From: Gammaproteobacteria bacterium
Lineage (GTDB): Bacteria; Pseudomonadota; Gammaproteobacteria; Eutrophobiales; Eutrophobiaceae
Assembly (NCBI GenBank): GCA_965222155.1
Contig: CBDCTH010000004.1
Coordinates: 480,001 to 544,000, forward strand
DNA length: 64,000 bases
Direction of reading: 5' to 3'
Shown: positions 29,351-38,048 of the stretch, one piece after another
How the letters are laid out: the number at the start of each line of letters is the position of its first letter
How positions within the stretch are numbered: position 1 is the stretch's first letter
Notes under the pieces: generated by a model
What the model was told of the DNA's origin: nothing
The model's database searches: none
The model's input: only the letters and a program-made list of their open reading frames with translations
Program-made: the position numbers and the translations under genes

Positions 29351-30172
29351 TTGTCGAATAAACAGAAAATTGCCGTCTTGTTGTTGGCCGGGAGGCGTGG
29401 CGGCAGCGATGAGGTTGCCCGTGTTGCCGGCGTCTCCAGCAAGGTATTGGCGCCGCTGGCGGGAATACCGATGATCATGCGGGTAATCAACGCGTTGCAG
29501 GCAAGCGAGCGAATCGCCTCCTTTGTACTGTGCGGTCCGGCCCCGGCAGCCATCAACGACTGCCCGGCGTTACGGCAGTTCATCGAGGCGGACAACGTCA
29601 CCTGGATCCCCGCAACAGGCAGTCTCAGCGGCAGTGTGCAGGCCGGCCTGGCCGCGATAGACCCCGCTGCGCTGGTCCTGATTACCAGCGCGGACCATGC
29701 GCTACTGGACGCCGGGATACTTGATTATTTTCTCGATAAGGCCATTGACAGCCGCGCCGACGTCAGTGTGGGACTGGTGGAATACGGTTTGATCGAGAAG
29801 GCATACCCGGGAGTGCGGCGCACGGTGCTGAAGTTTTCCGATGGCGGCTACTGCGGCTGCAATTTATACGCACTCTCCGGTGTCCGGGCCCGGGACATTA
29901 TTTCATTGTGGCAACGGATACAGACGCAGCGTAAGCAGCCTTGGCGGATGGCTCTCAGGTTATTTGGTTTCGGCGCGCTGGCGAGGTATGTCTGCGGCCG
30001 TCTGAGTATGCGGCAGACCAGTCAGGCCATCCTGAAAACCACCGGTATTACAGTGGATTTCATCAATCTGCCGTTCGCTCATGCAGGTATCGACGTGGAT
30101 ACGCTGGCGGACAAGGAACTGGTGGAACGGATACTGGCCGGCGCCATTCCGGCGAAAGCCGGAATCCAGTGA
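29351..30172 (+). CDS. MobA-like nucleotidyltransferase; last residues encoded by a REP
   Basis: LLAGRRG, KVLAPLAG, SADHAL, IDVDT; ends AIPAKAGIQ. Confidence 0.8.
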   Translation: MSNKQKIAVLLLAGRRGGSDEVARVAGVSSKVLAPLAGIPMIMRVINALQASERIASFVLCGPAPAAINDCPALRQFIEADNVTWIPATGSLSGSVQAGLAAIDPAALVLITSADHALLDAGILDYFLDKAIDSRADVSVGLVEYGLIEKAYPGVRRTVLKFSDGGYCGCNLYALSGVRARDIISLWQRIQTQRKQPWRMALRLFGFGALARYVCGRLSMRQTSQAILKTTGITVDFINLPFAHAGIDVDTLADKELVERILAGAIPAKAGIQ

Positions 30173-30261
30173 AACAAAGTGTCGCCGGAGCCTGCCCCGG
30201 CATGTCGTAAGCCAGGGGCGACACAATATCAATCTGGATTCCGGCATTTGCCGGAATGACG
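30142..30261. repeat. Family A REP pair with a C insert in the central hairpin
   Basis: cgccattccggcgaaagccggaatccag ... ctggattccggcatttgccggaatgacg. Confidence 0.85.
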
Positions 30262-30326
30262 TACGGCATTCCTCGGCCGGATTTTTGCCCTCTGCGGCAG
30301 AATCTGAAAGTATGCGGTTGCCCTGT

Positions 30327-31055
30327 TTATGGAATCACAACGGTCTCAGCATTATCCAGGTCTTTTTTGAAGTCTATCTCGCACCAGCGGTGGCCGTTTA
30401 TGCTGCAGGCGCGTACCTGGGATTGCCCGGCCAAGGTATCCACCACGCTCAGGAACCATAAGCGCAGACCGGTTCCCTGCTTCATCTGCCGGTCCAGTTG
30501 ATCGCGGAACTGTGCCGGTCCGTCTCCCCGGAAATACAGCAGGCCGATGGATTCCGCCATGGTGTGTTCATCCGGTAATGTTTTGCTGACGGCTTGCACC
30601 ATGGAGCCATGCAGTTCGACCCGCATATCATCATTGTCGTAACTGTCTTTGTAGTCGATGGTTAATGTGACCGGCGCCGCAGGTGAATTGAGAACCGTAT
30701 CCAGTAAAGCCGGCTCAAACAGCGTGTCGCCATTCAATAAAAGAAAATCCTCATCCATTGCGTGACGCGCCATCCAGCAACTCGCCAGGTTGTCGGAAAC
30801 GCTGTAAAAGGGATTGAATACAATATTTATCCGGTCCAGGTCAGCGGCGAAGCGGTCATTGATATGCTCCTCAATGAGCGCCGAATTAAACCCGGTGATG
30901 ATGAACACCTTGTCTATTTGAGCTGCCAGTAATGCTTGCACCTGCCACTCCAGTATGGTTTTGCCGGCAACGGGAAGCATGCACTTGGGGCGCGTTTCGG
31001 TCAGGGGCAGCAGTCTTTTCCCCTGGCCCGCGCCTAATATAATTGCGTTAATCAT
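30327..31055 (-). CDS. Phosphocholine cytidylyltransferase family protein
   Basis: IILGAGQGKRL..PKC, NGDTLF, AESIG, WCEIDF motifs. Confidence 0.85.
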   Translation of the reverse strand: MINAIILGAGQGKRLLPLTETRPKCMLPVAGKTILEWQVQALLAAQIDKVFIITGFNSALIEEHINDRFAADLDRINIVFNPFYSVSDNLASCWMARHAMDEDFLLLNGDTLFEPALLDTVLNSPAAPVTLTIDYKDSYDNDDMRVELHGSMVQAVSKTLPDEHTMAESIGLLYFRGDGPAQFRDQLDRQMKQGTGLRLWFLSVVDTLAGQSQVRACSINGHRWCEIDFKKDLDNAETVVIP

Positions 31056-31151
31056 GTTGTTTTTTGTTAACTGGCCAGATATTTCCGTGTGTGAGGTGAG
31101 CAGTTTAATGAAATTTATAATACAATCAAAATTCAATTGACTGGATGCCGC

Positions 31152-32231
31152 ATGTCACATATTGAACGCTATATCATTCTGGAAGTACTCAGACCCTTCA
31201 GTTTCGTATTAATCATCCTGGTCGCCCTGTTTGCCTGTTTCAGCAGCGCAAGATACCTGGCGGAAGCGGTGACGGAGACTCTGGGCGTCTATTTCATGGT
31301 CAAACTGATTTTACTCAAGACCTTCATCGCCCTGGAAGTCCTGATTCCCATTGCCCTTTACACATCCGTCGTGATTGGCTTGGGCAGGCTGCACCGGGAC
31401 CGGGAGATGGTGGCCCTTAGCGCCGCCGGTTTCAGTAACAGCCGCATTATCGGCCCGATTGTCGTCATTTCCATCCCGATTGTCCTGGCCGTGGGTGCGC
31501 TGTCCCTGTACGGCCGTCCCTGGGCCTACCAGAATAGTTATATCCTGGATGCCAGGGCCAGGGCCGATTTGAATACGGACCGGTTTCAACAGGGACGGTT
31601 CTACGGCAATGAAGATACCGGCACGGTTATCTACATTGCCGAAAAAGACGAGGCGAGCGGCGTGATCTCCAGGATATTTTACTATACCCGCAAGGACGAC
31701 TTCAGTGAAATTACCGCGGCGGTGAATGCCGGCCAGGACAAAGGCCTGGAGAACGGCAGGCTGCGGGTAACCCTGTATGACGGATTGCTGTACCGATTGC
31801 AGCGCGATTCAATGGACGATGAAGTCATCCGCTTTGATAAGCTGGTCAGGTTTCATGAAGACCCCGAGGTAAGTATCGGTTATAAACGCAAGGCTGAAGC
31901 GACTCTCACGCTGCTCGAGTCCAATAGTCAGGAGGATATCGCAGAAGTCCAATGGCGCTTATCCCGTCCCGTTGCAACGTTGCTGCTGGCGCTGATCGCG
32001 ATACCCCTGAGCCGTTCGTCCCCCCGGCAGGGGAAAAATGAAAGGGTATTCACGGCTGCGTTGATATTTGCGGTGTATTACAACCTCAGCGGTGTTGCCC
32101 AGACCTGGGTGGAGCAGGGCATAATGGATGAGATCCCCGGGGTCTGGTGGTTGCATGTACTGATGGCGCTGGTTGTTTTCATGTTCCTTTACGAGAGATT
32201 TAATCGGCGTTTCCTGCAAGGGTTTCGTTAG
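31152..32231 (+). CDS. lptF: LptF/YjgP family permease paralog
   Basis: LGRLHRDREM, QWRLSRP, PLSRSSPRQG motifs; paired with LptG. Confidence 0.85.
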   Translation: MSHIERYIILEVLRPFSFVLIILVALFACFSSARYLAEAVTETLGVYFMVKLILLKTFIALEVLIPIALYTSVVIGLGRLHRDREMVALSAAGFSNSRIIGPIVVISIPIVLAVGALSLYGRPWAYQNSYILDARARADLNTDRFQQGRFYGNEDTGTVIYIAEKDEASGVISRIFYYTRKDDFSEITAAVNAGQDKGLENGRLRVTLYDGLLYRLQRDSMDDEVIRFDKLVRFHEDPEVSIGYKRKAEATLTLLESNSQEDIAEVQWRLSRPVATLLLALIAIPLSRSSPRQGKNERVFTAALIFAVYYNLSGVAQTWVEQGIMDEIPGVWWLHVLMALVVFMFLYERFNRRFLQGFR

Positions 32232-32282
32232 CTCGGATATTGCACCAGATGGTCTTCACCAGCGAAAAGCCAGGTAGTGTCG

Positions 32283-33347
32283 ATGAGTATCTCTGAAAAA
32301 TACCTGATGCAGCAGATCAGCGTGGGGTTATTGATCGCAGCCGCAGTCTTGTTGCCGCTGTTCAGTTTCTTTGACCTGATTGATCAGATGGATGATATCG
32401 GGGAAGGTTTTTATCGCGCGCGGGATGCGTTTTACATTGTTCTGTTGTTGTTGCCCAGGAGGTTGATTCAACTGCTCCCGTTTATTGCGCTGATCGGCAA
32501 TGTGATTGCGCTCGGGCGGCTGGCGCTGAATTCGGAAATTATTGCCATGCGCGCCGCCGGACTGTCCCCTGCGAGCATCAGCCTGGCGTCTTTCAAAGTC
32601 GGCCTGTGTCTGTTGCTGCTGCTGGGGGTACTGGAGCAATTTGCTGCCCCGTATTTTCAGAATAAAGCCATTGCCCATCGACTGGAAGCCTTGAACCAGA
32701 GCGCCGAACTGGGCGCCGACCTGGGTATCTGGACGCGGGATAAAAACCGGGTTTTGCGGCTTGGAGAAGCGATCCGTGCGTCCTACGTGGAGGACGTGGA
32801 AATATTCACCCTGGATGAACAGGGTTTGCTTAGCGGGTATATCCATGCGCAGGGCGCAGAGATAGGCAGTAGTGAACAGTGGAGCCTGTATAACGTAACC
32901 ATGAAAGAATTCACTGGGGGCCAGGTAAACACGACGTCTTCAGCGCGCATGAACTGGCGCCCTTTTTTGAGTTCCGAGCAGGTTGACAAACTGACGCGGC
33001 CGGCTGAAAGCCTGGCCCCGACGGATTTATACCGCCATATCGATTACCTGAAGAGAACGGGGCAGCAACACGACGAGATATCACTGACCTTCTGGAGGAA
33101 ATTCGGCGCCGGCCTGATCATGCTTGCCATGCTGCTGCTGTCGGTGCCTTTTGTGTTCGGCTCGATACGGACGGGCATCGGCTCGCGCCTGGTGCTGGCC
33201 GGCATCACGGGAATCTGTGTCTACCTGCTGGACCAGATATCATCCAACGCCGGGTTATTGCTCAACCTGAATCACGCACTGGTTGCATTGACCCCCGGAC
33301 TTGCCCTGATGCTGATCGGTCGTCTGTGGTTGGAGCGGGTAGCCTGA
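32283..33347 (+). CDS. lptG: LptG/YjgQ family permease paralog
   Basis: LGRLALNSEIIAMRAAGLS, PFVFGSIR motifs. Confidence 0.85.
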   Translation: MSISEKYLMQQISVGLLIAAAVLLPLFSFFDLIDQMDDIGEGFYRARDAFYIVLLLLPRRLIQLLPFIALIGNVIALGRLALNSEIIAMRAAGLSPASISLASFKVGLCLLLLLGVLEQFAAPYFQNKAIAHRLEALNQSAELGADLGIWTRDKNRVLRLGEAIRASYVEDVEIFTLDEQGLLSGYIHAQGAEIGSSEQWSLYNVTMKEFTGGQVNTTSSARMNWRPFLSSEQVDKLTRPAESLAPTDLYRHIDYLKRTGQQHDEISLTFWRKFGAGLIMLAMLLLSVPFVFGSIRTGIGSRLVLAGITGICVYLLDQISSNAGLLLNLNHALVALTPGLALMLIGRLWLERVA

Positions 33348-33382
33348 AACGGCAGGAATCCACCACGATGCCTGCGAAAGCA

Positions 33383-33471
33383 GGATATCTGGGGTCAGAG
33401 TAAAAATACCGTCAGGTTGGCAAGTGGCGCTTGTTTCTTGTAGAGCATTTTTACTCTGACCCCAGATATCC
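33383..33471. repeat. GGGGTCAGAGT-type inverted repeat element with perfect 25-bp arms
   Basis: ggatatctggggtcagagtaaaaat / atttttactctgaccccagatatcc; one arm supplies the phosphoesterase stop. Confidence 0.8.
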
Positions 33472-34365
33472 CAGTTCCCGCTTCAGGTTTGCCTCGAATT
33501 TTTGTGTTTCTGCGTTGAAAATGAACGACTTGACGCGGGCCTGCCAGCCCTCCGCTGTTTTGCTTACCTGGTAGATGTTGTAGCCGGCGGATTTGTCCGG
33601 GTCTTTATAAGAGGCCGACGCGGACGGTACGCCGAACACCGGTATCGAGTGAGCGCCGGCTTCCAGCATTGCCTGCATCTGGCGGTGTCCGTGCCCGTGA
33701 ATAAGCAACTCCGCGCCCGTATCCGTCAGGGTTGACAGCAGTTCGTCCGCATCGTTCAAGCCGCGTCTAAAACTTGAGGAGTGCGGACTGTGATGCAGCA
33801 CAACGATACGGTATAAACCCCGTTGCGCGGTCGTCTCAAGCAGGTGACGGAGGCGCTGTAACTGTTCGCCGCCCAGCTTGCCGCTGGCGCAGAAGGGCGC
33901 CGTAGGTAGTGCGGTTGAAAGGCCGATAAGCGCTACCGGGCCGCGCACCCGCAGGTAGGGGAAGACATGGCTGTAGCGCGGTTCACCCGGGTCGCTCTGC
34001 ATATAGGCAAGCCAGCGCCCGGTTGTTTCGGTAAAATCAGTGGCCACGTATTGATCATGATTCCCCGGCACGATTGATATATAATCGGGCCCGCCGATGC
34101 TGTTCAGCCAGGTTTCGGTCTCGCGGCATTCGTTTGCCGTACCCAGGTGGGTGAAGTCCCCGCTGATGATCAGGTGGTCAGCCTGATGTCTTGCCAGGTC
34201 GGCAAGCGTACGGGACAGGACTTCCCTGCTGTGCGAGTCACGGCGTTTCAATTTCCATGAAAGATAACCGAGGATACGCTTGTTCAGCAAGTCATCCCAG
34301 TTAATGTGGTCGAGCGACGACAGGTGGGGATCGGAAATGTGGGCAATCTTCAGGGTTGAATTCAC
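33451..34365 (-). CDS. Calcineurin-like metallophosphoesterase
   Basis: SDPH, GDFT, GNHD, HHSP, HGHGH motifs. Confidence 0.9.
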   Translation of the reverse strand: MNSTLKIAHISDPHLSSLDHINWDDLLNKRILGYLSWKLKRRDSHSREVLSRTLADLARHQADHLIISGDFTHLGTANECRETETWLNSIGGPDYISIVPGNHDQYVATDFTETTGRWLAYMQSDPGEPRYSHVFPYLRVRGPVALIGLSTALPTAPFCASGKLGGEQLQRLRHLLETTAQRGLYRIVVLHHSPHSSSFRRGLNDADELLSTLTDTGAELLIHGHGHRQMQAMLEAGAHSIPVFGVPSASASYKDPDKSAGYNIYQVSKTAEGWQARVKSFIFNAETQKFEANLKRELGYLGSE

Positions 34366-34403
34366 GTTGACTGGTTAAGGGTGTATTATCAGGTAAATAT
34401 AAA

Positions 34404-34526
34404 GCCACAGAGTACACCGAGTACACAGAGAAAAAAACAGGTAAACTCCAGCTTAATCGATCAACATTCAGGTTGCCCAGGTATCAGGAAGATGCTTTCT
34501 TCCTGGCGCAAGGTACTCTCTGTGGC
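34404..34526. repeat. 9-mer CACAGAG-type inverted repeat element
   Basis: gccacagagtacaccgagtacacagag ... ctctgtggc. Confidence 0.6.
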
Positions 34527-34544
34527 ACACCAGAAAGATAATTA

Positions 34545-35705
34545 ATGAATACTTATGTTCAAATCATCGGCAACAGCCGGACCAGAATATGGGGGATGAC
34601 CGGCCGTGAACGGCTGGTGCGTATGTTGGATAAAATCGCCGGGGTGGAAATCATTAGCGAACAGGCAGACTTGCCGTCCGGCGCGCCTGTCATTTTTTTC
34701 AGGGGGGATTATATATACGATACCCGGGTTTTACAGGCAGTTATCGGCATGGACGGCGAGTTTGTATTATACCGGCAGGATGGCGCTACTGCCGTCGCAA
34801 TACGGGCAAACAACTATGACGTAAATATATTCGATCTTGACCATTACCCGGAAGCATTGGCAAAGGTAGCGCTAAATCACCTGGTCAACCCCTACAACGA
34901 TCAGTTGAAAAAATATGAGCAGGCCAAGGTTTGGCAGATTAGGCCGGACAACCGGGACTTTCTTGAGCAGGCGTTGTTCAGCGGTTCTTATAAAGGCGTA
35001 ACTGACCTGGTGACCAAATGGGTCTGGCCGTTACCGGCAAGATGGGCGACAAAATTCTGCACATGGCTTAAATTGAAACCGAACCATGTGACCTTATTCA
35101 GCCTGGTGCTGGCAATCCTGGCCGGTGTTGCCTTCTGGCATGGTGCATTCACCAGCGGCTTGTTGCTGGGCTGGTTCATGACCTTTCTGGATACCGTGGA
35201 CGGTAAGCTGGCCAGGGTGACGCTGACCTCAAGCCGTTTCGGCGACCTGCTGGACCATGGCCTGGACCTGATACATCCCCCGCTCTGGTATATCGCCTGG
35301 GGAGTGGGATTAACCGTTCAAGCGGCAGAGTTGATGTCATTGACGTTGCTGATCGGCCTGATATTTGCCGCTTACCTCGGCGGCCGGTTCTGTGAAGGGA
35401 TTTTTCAACATTTCATTGCCGGTTTCTCGATCTTCATGTGGCAGCCTGTTGATTCATTGAACCGGTTAATCACTGCCCGGCGTAATCCAAATTTGCTGAT
35501 ACTGACAGCCGGGGTGATAGCGGGACGACCTGACATGGGACTTGCGCTGGTCATCGCCTGGCATCTGCTATCCACTTTGTTCCTGATCATCAGGCTCGCC
35601 AACGCCTGGCAGGTGAGACAAAACCAGGGCTCACTGGTGAGTTGGCTGGAACGGGTCGGAGCGGAAGTCCGCCATAACAGAGTGGCCGTAAAGATATTCA
35701 CATGA
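34545..35705 (+). CDS. CDP-alcohol phosphatidyltransferase with N-terminal soluble domain (CpgC-like)
   Basis: YKGVTDLVTK, PNHVT, DTVDGKLAR...GDLLDHGLD signature. Confidence 0.85.
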   Translation: MNTYVQIIGNSRTRIWGMTGRERLVRMLDKIAGVEIISEQADLPSGAPVIFFRGDYIYDTRVLQAVIGMDGEFVLYRQDGATAVAIRANNYDVNIFDLDHYPEALAKVALNHLVNPYNDQLKKYEQAKVWQIRPDNRDFLEQALFSGSYKGVTDLVTKWVWPLPARWATKFCTWLKLKPNHVTLFSLVLAILAGVAFWHGAFTSGLLLGWFMTFLDTVDGKLARVTLTSSRFGDLLDHGLDLIHPPLWYIAWGVGLTVQAAELMSLTLLIGLIFAAYLGGRFCEGIFQHFIAGFSIFMWQPVDSLNRLITARRNPNLLILTAGVIAGRPDMGLALVIAWHLLSTLFLIIRLANAWQVRQNQGSLVSWLERVGAEVRHNRVAVKIFT

Positions 35706-36664
35706 GTCGGTTTTCAGGGCCGGACATAGCGCCGGCATTACTCGACGTCATCGCCCGACAGTGCGCCGAGCCCGTTCCGGAATCCTGTGCTGCCATCACC
35801 ACGGCAATCAGGGAATCCTACGGCGCTGCGCTTCAGGGAGTCCTGTTATACGGTTCCTGCTCAAGGGATGAGGCTATGGAAGACGGCATTGTTGATATTT
35901 ACGCCATCGTCGATGACTATAATTCTGTTTATGAAAAACGTTACCTGGCATACCTGAATGCCTGGTTGGCGCCTAACGTCTTTTATCAGGAAATCTCCGG
36001 CGAGCACGGTTTAATCAGGATTAAACTGGCGCTAATCAGCCTGGCGGATTTTACCGGTGGGATCATGAACTGGTTTCATTCCTACCTGTGGGGGCGGTTT
36101 GCCCAACCGGCGCGGATACTCTATACGCGTGATGAGACAGTGCGGCGCGCAATACACAAGCTCATGGCGCAGGCTGTGTTGACCCTGCTTGAGACATCGA
36201 TCCCAACCCTGCGGGAAGAGTCCGGGAATGCAGAATCAATCTGGACCCGGGCCTTGTCTTTATCCTATTCCGCGGAATATCGACCTGAACCCGGGGCCAA
36301 AGCCGGCCAGTTGGTCAGGTCCGATTTGGCCGCTTACGCCGGCCTGCTGGACGCTGCTTTACCCATGCTCGATACGATACTGCTTCGTCAAAACGAAGAT
36401 AATTATCTGCGCCTGAGTGATCACAGTACCATGAAGGCGGTGCTACGCCGCTGGCGTCTGCGGCGCTGGCAGGGACGCGTCCTGTCTGTCCTGAGGTTGA
36501 TGAAAGCGACCCTGACGTTTCAAAACGGTGTTGATTATGCCGCCTGGAAGATCAACCGGCATACCGGCGTCACGATTGAAGTCACCCCCGAACTGCGCCG
36601 CCATCCCCTGTTGTTCGGCTGGCGGGTATTCCGGCAATTGATAAAACGGGGCGTTATACATTAA
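35702..36664 (+). CDS. Nucleotidyltransferase-fold protein (CpgA/Tam41-like)
   Basis: LLYGSC...DIY, PNVFY, WGRFAQP, KINRHTG motifs. Confidence 0.65.
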   Translation: MSRFSGPDIAPALLDVIARQCAEPVPESCAAITTAIRESYGAALQGVLLYGSCSRDEAMEDGIVDIYAIVDDYNSVYEKRYLAYLNAWLAPNVFYQEISGEHGLIRIKLALISLADFTGGIMNWFHSYLWGRFAQPARILYTRDETVRRAIHKLMAQAVLTLLETSIPTLREESGNAESIWTRALSLSYSAEYRPEPGAKAGQLVRSDLAAYAGLLDAALPMLDTILLRQNEDNYLRLSDHSTMKAVLRRWRLRRWQGRVLSVLRLMKATLTFQNGVDYAAWKINRHTGVTIEVTPELRRHPLLFGWRVFRQLIKRGVIH

Positions 36665-36671
36665 ATATAGA

Positions 36672-36817
36672 GCCACAGAGGACACAGAGATCACAGGGTG
36701 GACCGAGAAGGCCGGCAGGCCTTTGTTTCATCCGCAGATGACGCAGACGACGCAGATTAGCACAGATTAAAACTTGTCTATTTATTTTTTCTCTGTGATC
36801 TCTGTGTCCTCTGTGGC
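36672..36817. repeat. 9-mer CACAGAG-type element with perfect 25-bp arms and an internal CGCAGAT 9-mer run
   Basis: gccacagaggacacagagatcacag / ctgtgatctctgtgtcctctgtggc. Confidence 0.8.
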
Positions 36818-36873
36818 ATGACAAATCTATGCTAATCTGCAACAAAAAAGGGTTCTGGCCCATATCCTGAAAT

Positions 36874-37605
36874 ATGCAGACTGGAAAGAAAAAACATCGC
36901 CTCAGCGTGGCGCTGGGATTGTGGATCATCAAGCGGGTAGAGCAGGTTTTGATCAGGTTTTCCCTGGTTGGCGATACGCCTTTCCTGCCGCCCTCGGCAT
37001 TTGCCTGGGTGGAATTACTGGAATCCAACTGGGAGGTGATTCGCGCGGAACTGGACCAGGTATTGAAGACCCCGGAACGCATCCCGAATTTTCAGGACAT
37101 CTCGACCGACCAGGCCAATATCACCCGGGATGACAAGTGGAAGTCTTATTTCCTTTACGGATATGGCTATAAAATGCCCGACAACTGCAAGCAGTGCCCG
37201 GAAACGACGCGGATTATCGAAGCGATACCCGGTATGTTTACCGCTTTTTTTTCCGTGCTGGCGCCGGGCAAGCACATACCCAGGCATCGGGGACCTTACC
37301 GGGGCCTGCTGCGCGGTCACCTGGCGCTGGTTGTCCCTGAGCCGCGGGAAGCCTGCTGGATAGAAGTGGGCGACGAGACTACTCCCTGGGAAGAGGGACG
37401 CTGTATTGTTTTTGATGATACCTACAAACACCGGGTGGAGAATAATACCGACGGTGTCCGGGTGGTGTTGTTCCTTGATGTATTGCGTCCGTTGAAATTT
37501 CCCGGTTCGTTCCTAAACCGGGCCATACTTCAACTGATCCGACTATCGCCGTTTATCCAGGATGCCCGCCGCAACCAGGTAGCCTGGGAGAAACGCCTTG
37601 ACTAG
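36874..37605 (+). CDS. Aspartyl/asparaginyl beta-hydroxylase family dioxygenase (LpxO-like)
   Basis: CPETT, FSVLAPGKHIPRH, FDDTYKH, RVVLFLDV motifs. Confidence 0.85.
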   Translation: MQTGKKKHRLSVALGLWIIKRVEQVLIRFSLVGDTPFLPPSAFAWVELLESNWEVIRAELDQVLKTPERIPNFQDISTDQANITRDDKWKSYFLYGYGYKMPDNCKQCPETTRIIEAIPGMFTAFFSVLAPGKHIPRHRGPYRGLLRGHLALVVPEPREACWIEVGDETTPWEEGRCIVFDDTYKHRVENNTDGVRVVLFLDVLRPLKFPGSFLNRAILQLIRLSPFIQDARRNQVAWEKRLD

Positions 37606-37648
37606 TTTAAAGTTTTTAGTTATTAGTTTTTAGTGTGAGGTATTGAAT

Positions 37649-38011
37649 ATGGAGCATTCAAGAAGTTATCGGGACTTAATAGTATGGAAGAAATCGATCA
37701 ACCTGATTGGCAGAATTTATTCTTCTACATGCTGTTTTCCCAAGGAAGAGATGTATGGCATTACTTCTCAGCTCAGGCGGGCTGGGATTTCTATAGCAGC
37801 CAATATAGCAGAAGGACAGGCCAGAAACACCATCGGGGAGTTTCGGCAGTTTCTTGGAATAGCTCAAGGCTCATTGGCAGAGTTGGAGACATTACTCATA
37901 ATATCAGAGAATTTGGGTTATCTGAAAGCACAGGAAGCTGAAACCTTGCTGAACGGATGTGAAGAAATTGGCAAGTTATCAGCAGGCTTAAAAAAATCGC
38001 TAACCCACTGA
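37649..38011 (+). CDS. Four-helix-bundle protein (23S rRNA IVS / Avd-like family)
   Basis: YRDLIVWKK, FPKEEMYGITSQLRRA..SIAANIAEG, AQGSLAELET motifs. Confidence 0.9.
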   Translation: MEHSRSYRDLIVWKKSINLIGRIYSSTCCFPKEEMYGITSQLRRAGISIAANIAEGQARNTIGEFRQFLGIAQGSLAELETLLIISENLGYLKAQEAETLLNGCEEIGKLSAGLKKSLTH

Positions 38012-38048
38012 ATTATCAATCTAAAAACCAAAAACTAAAAACCAAAAA

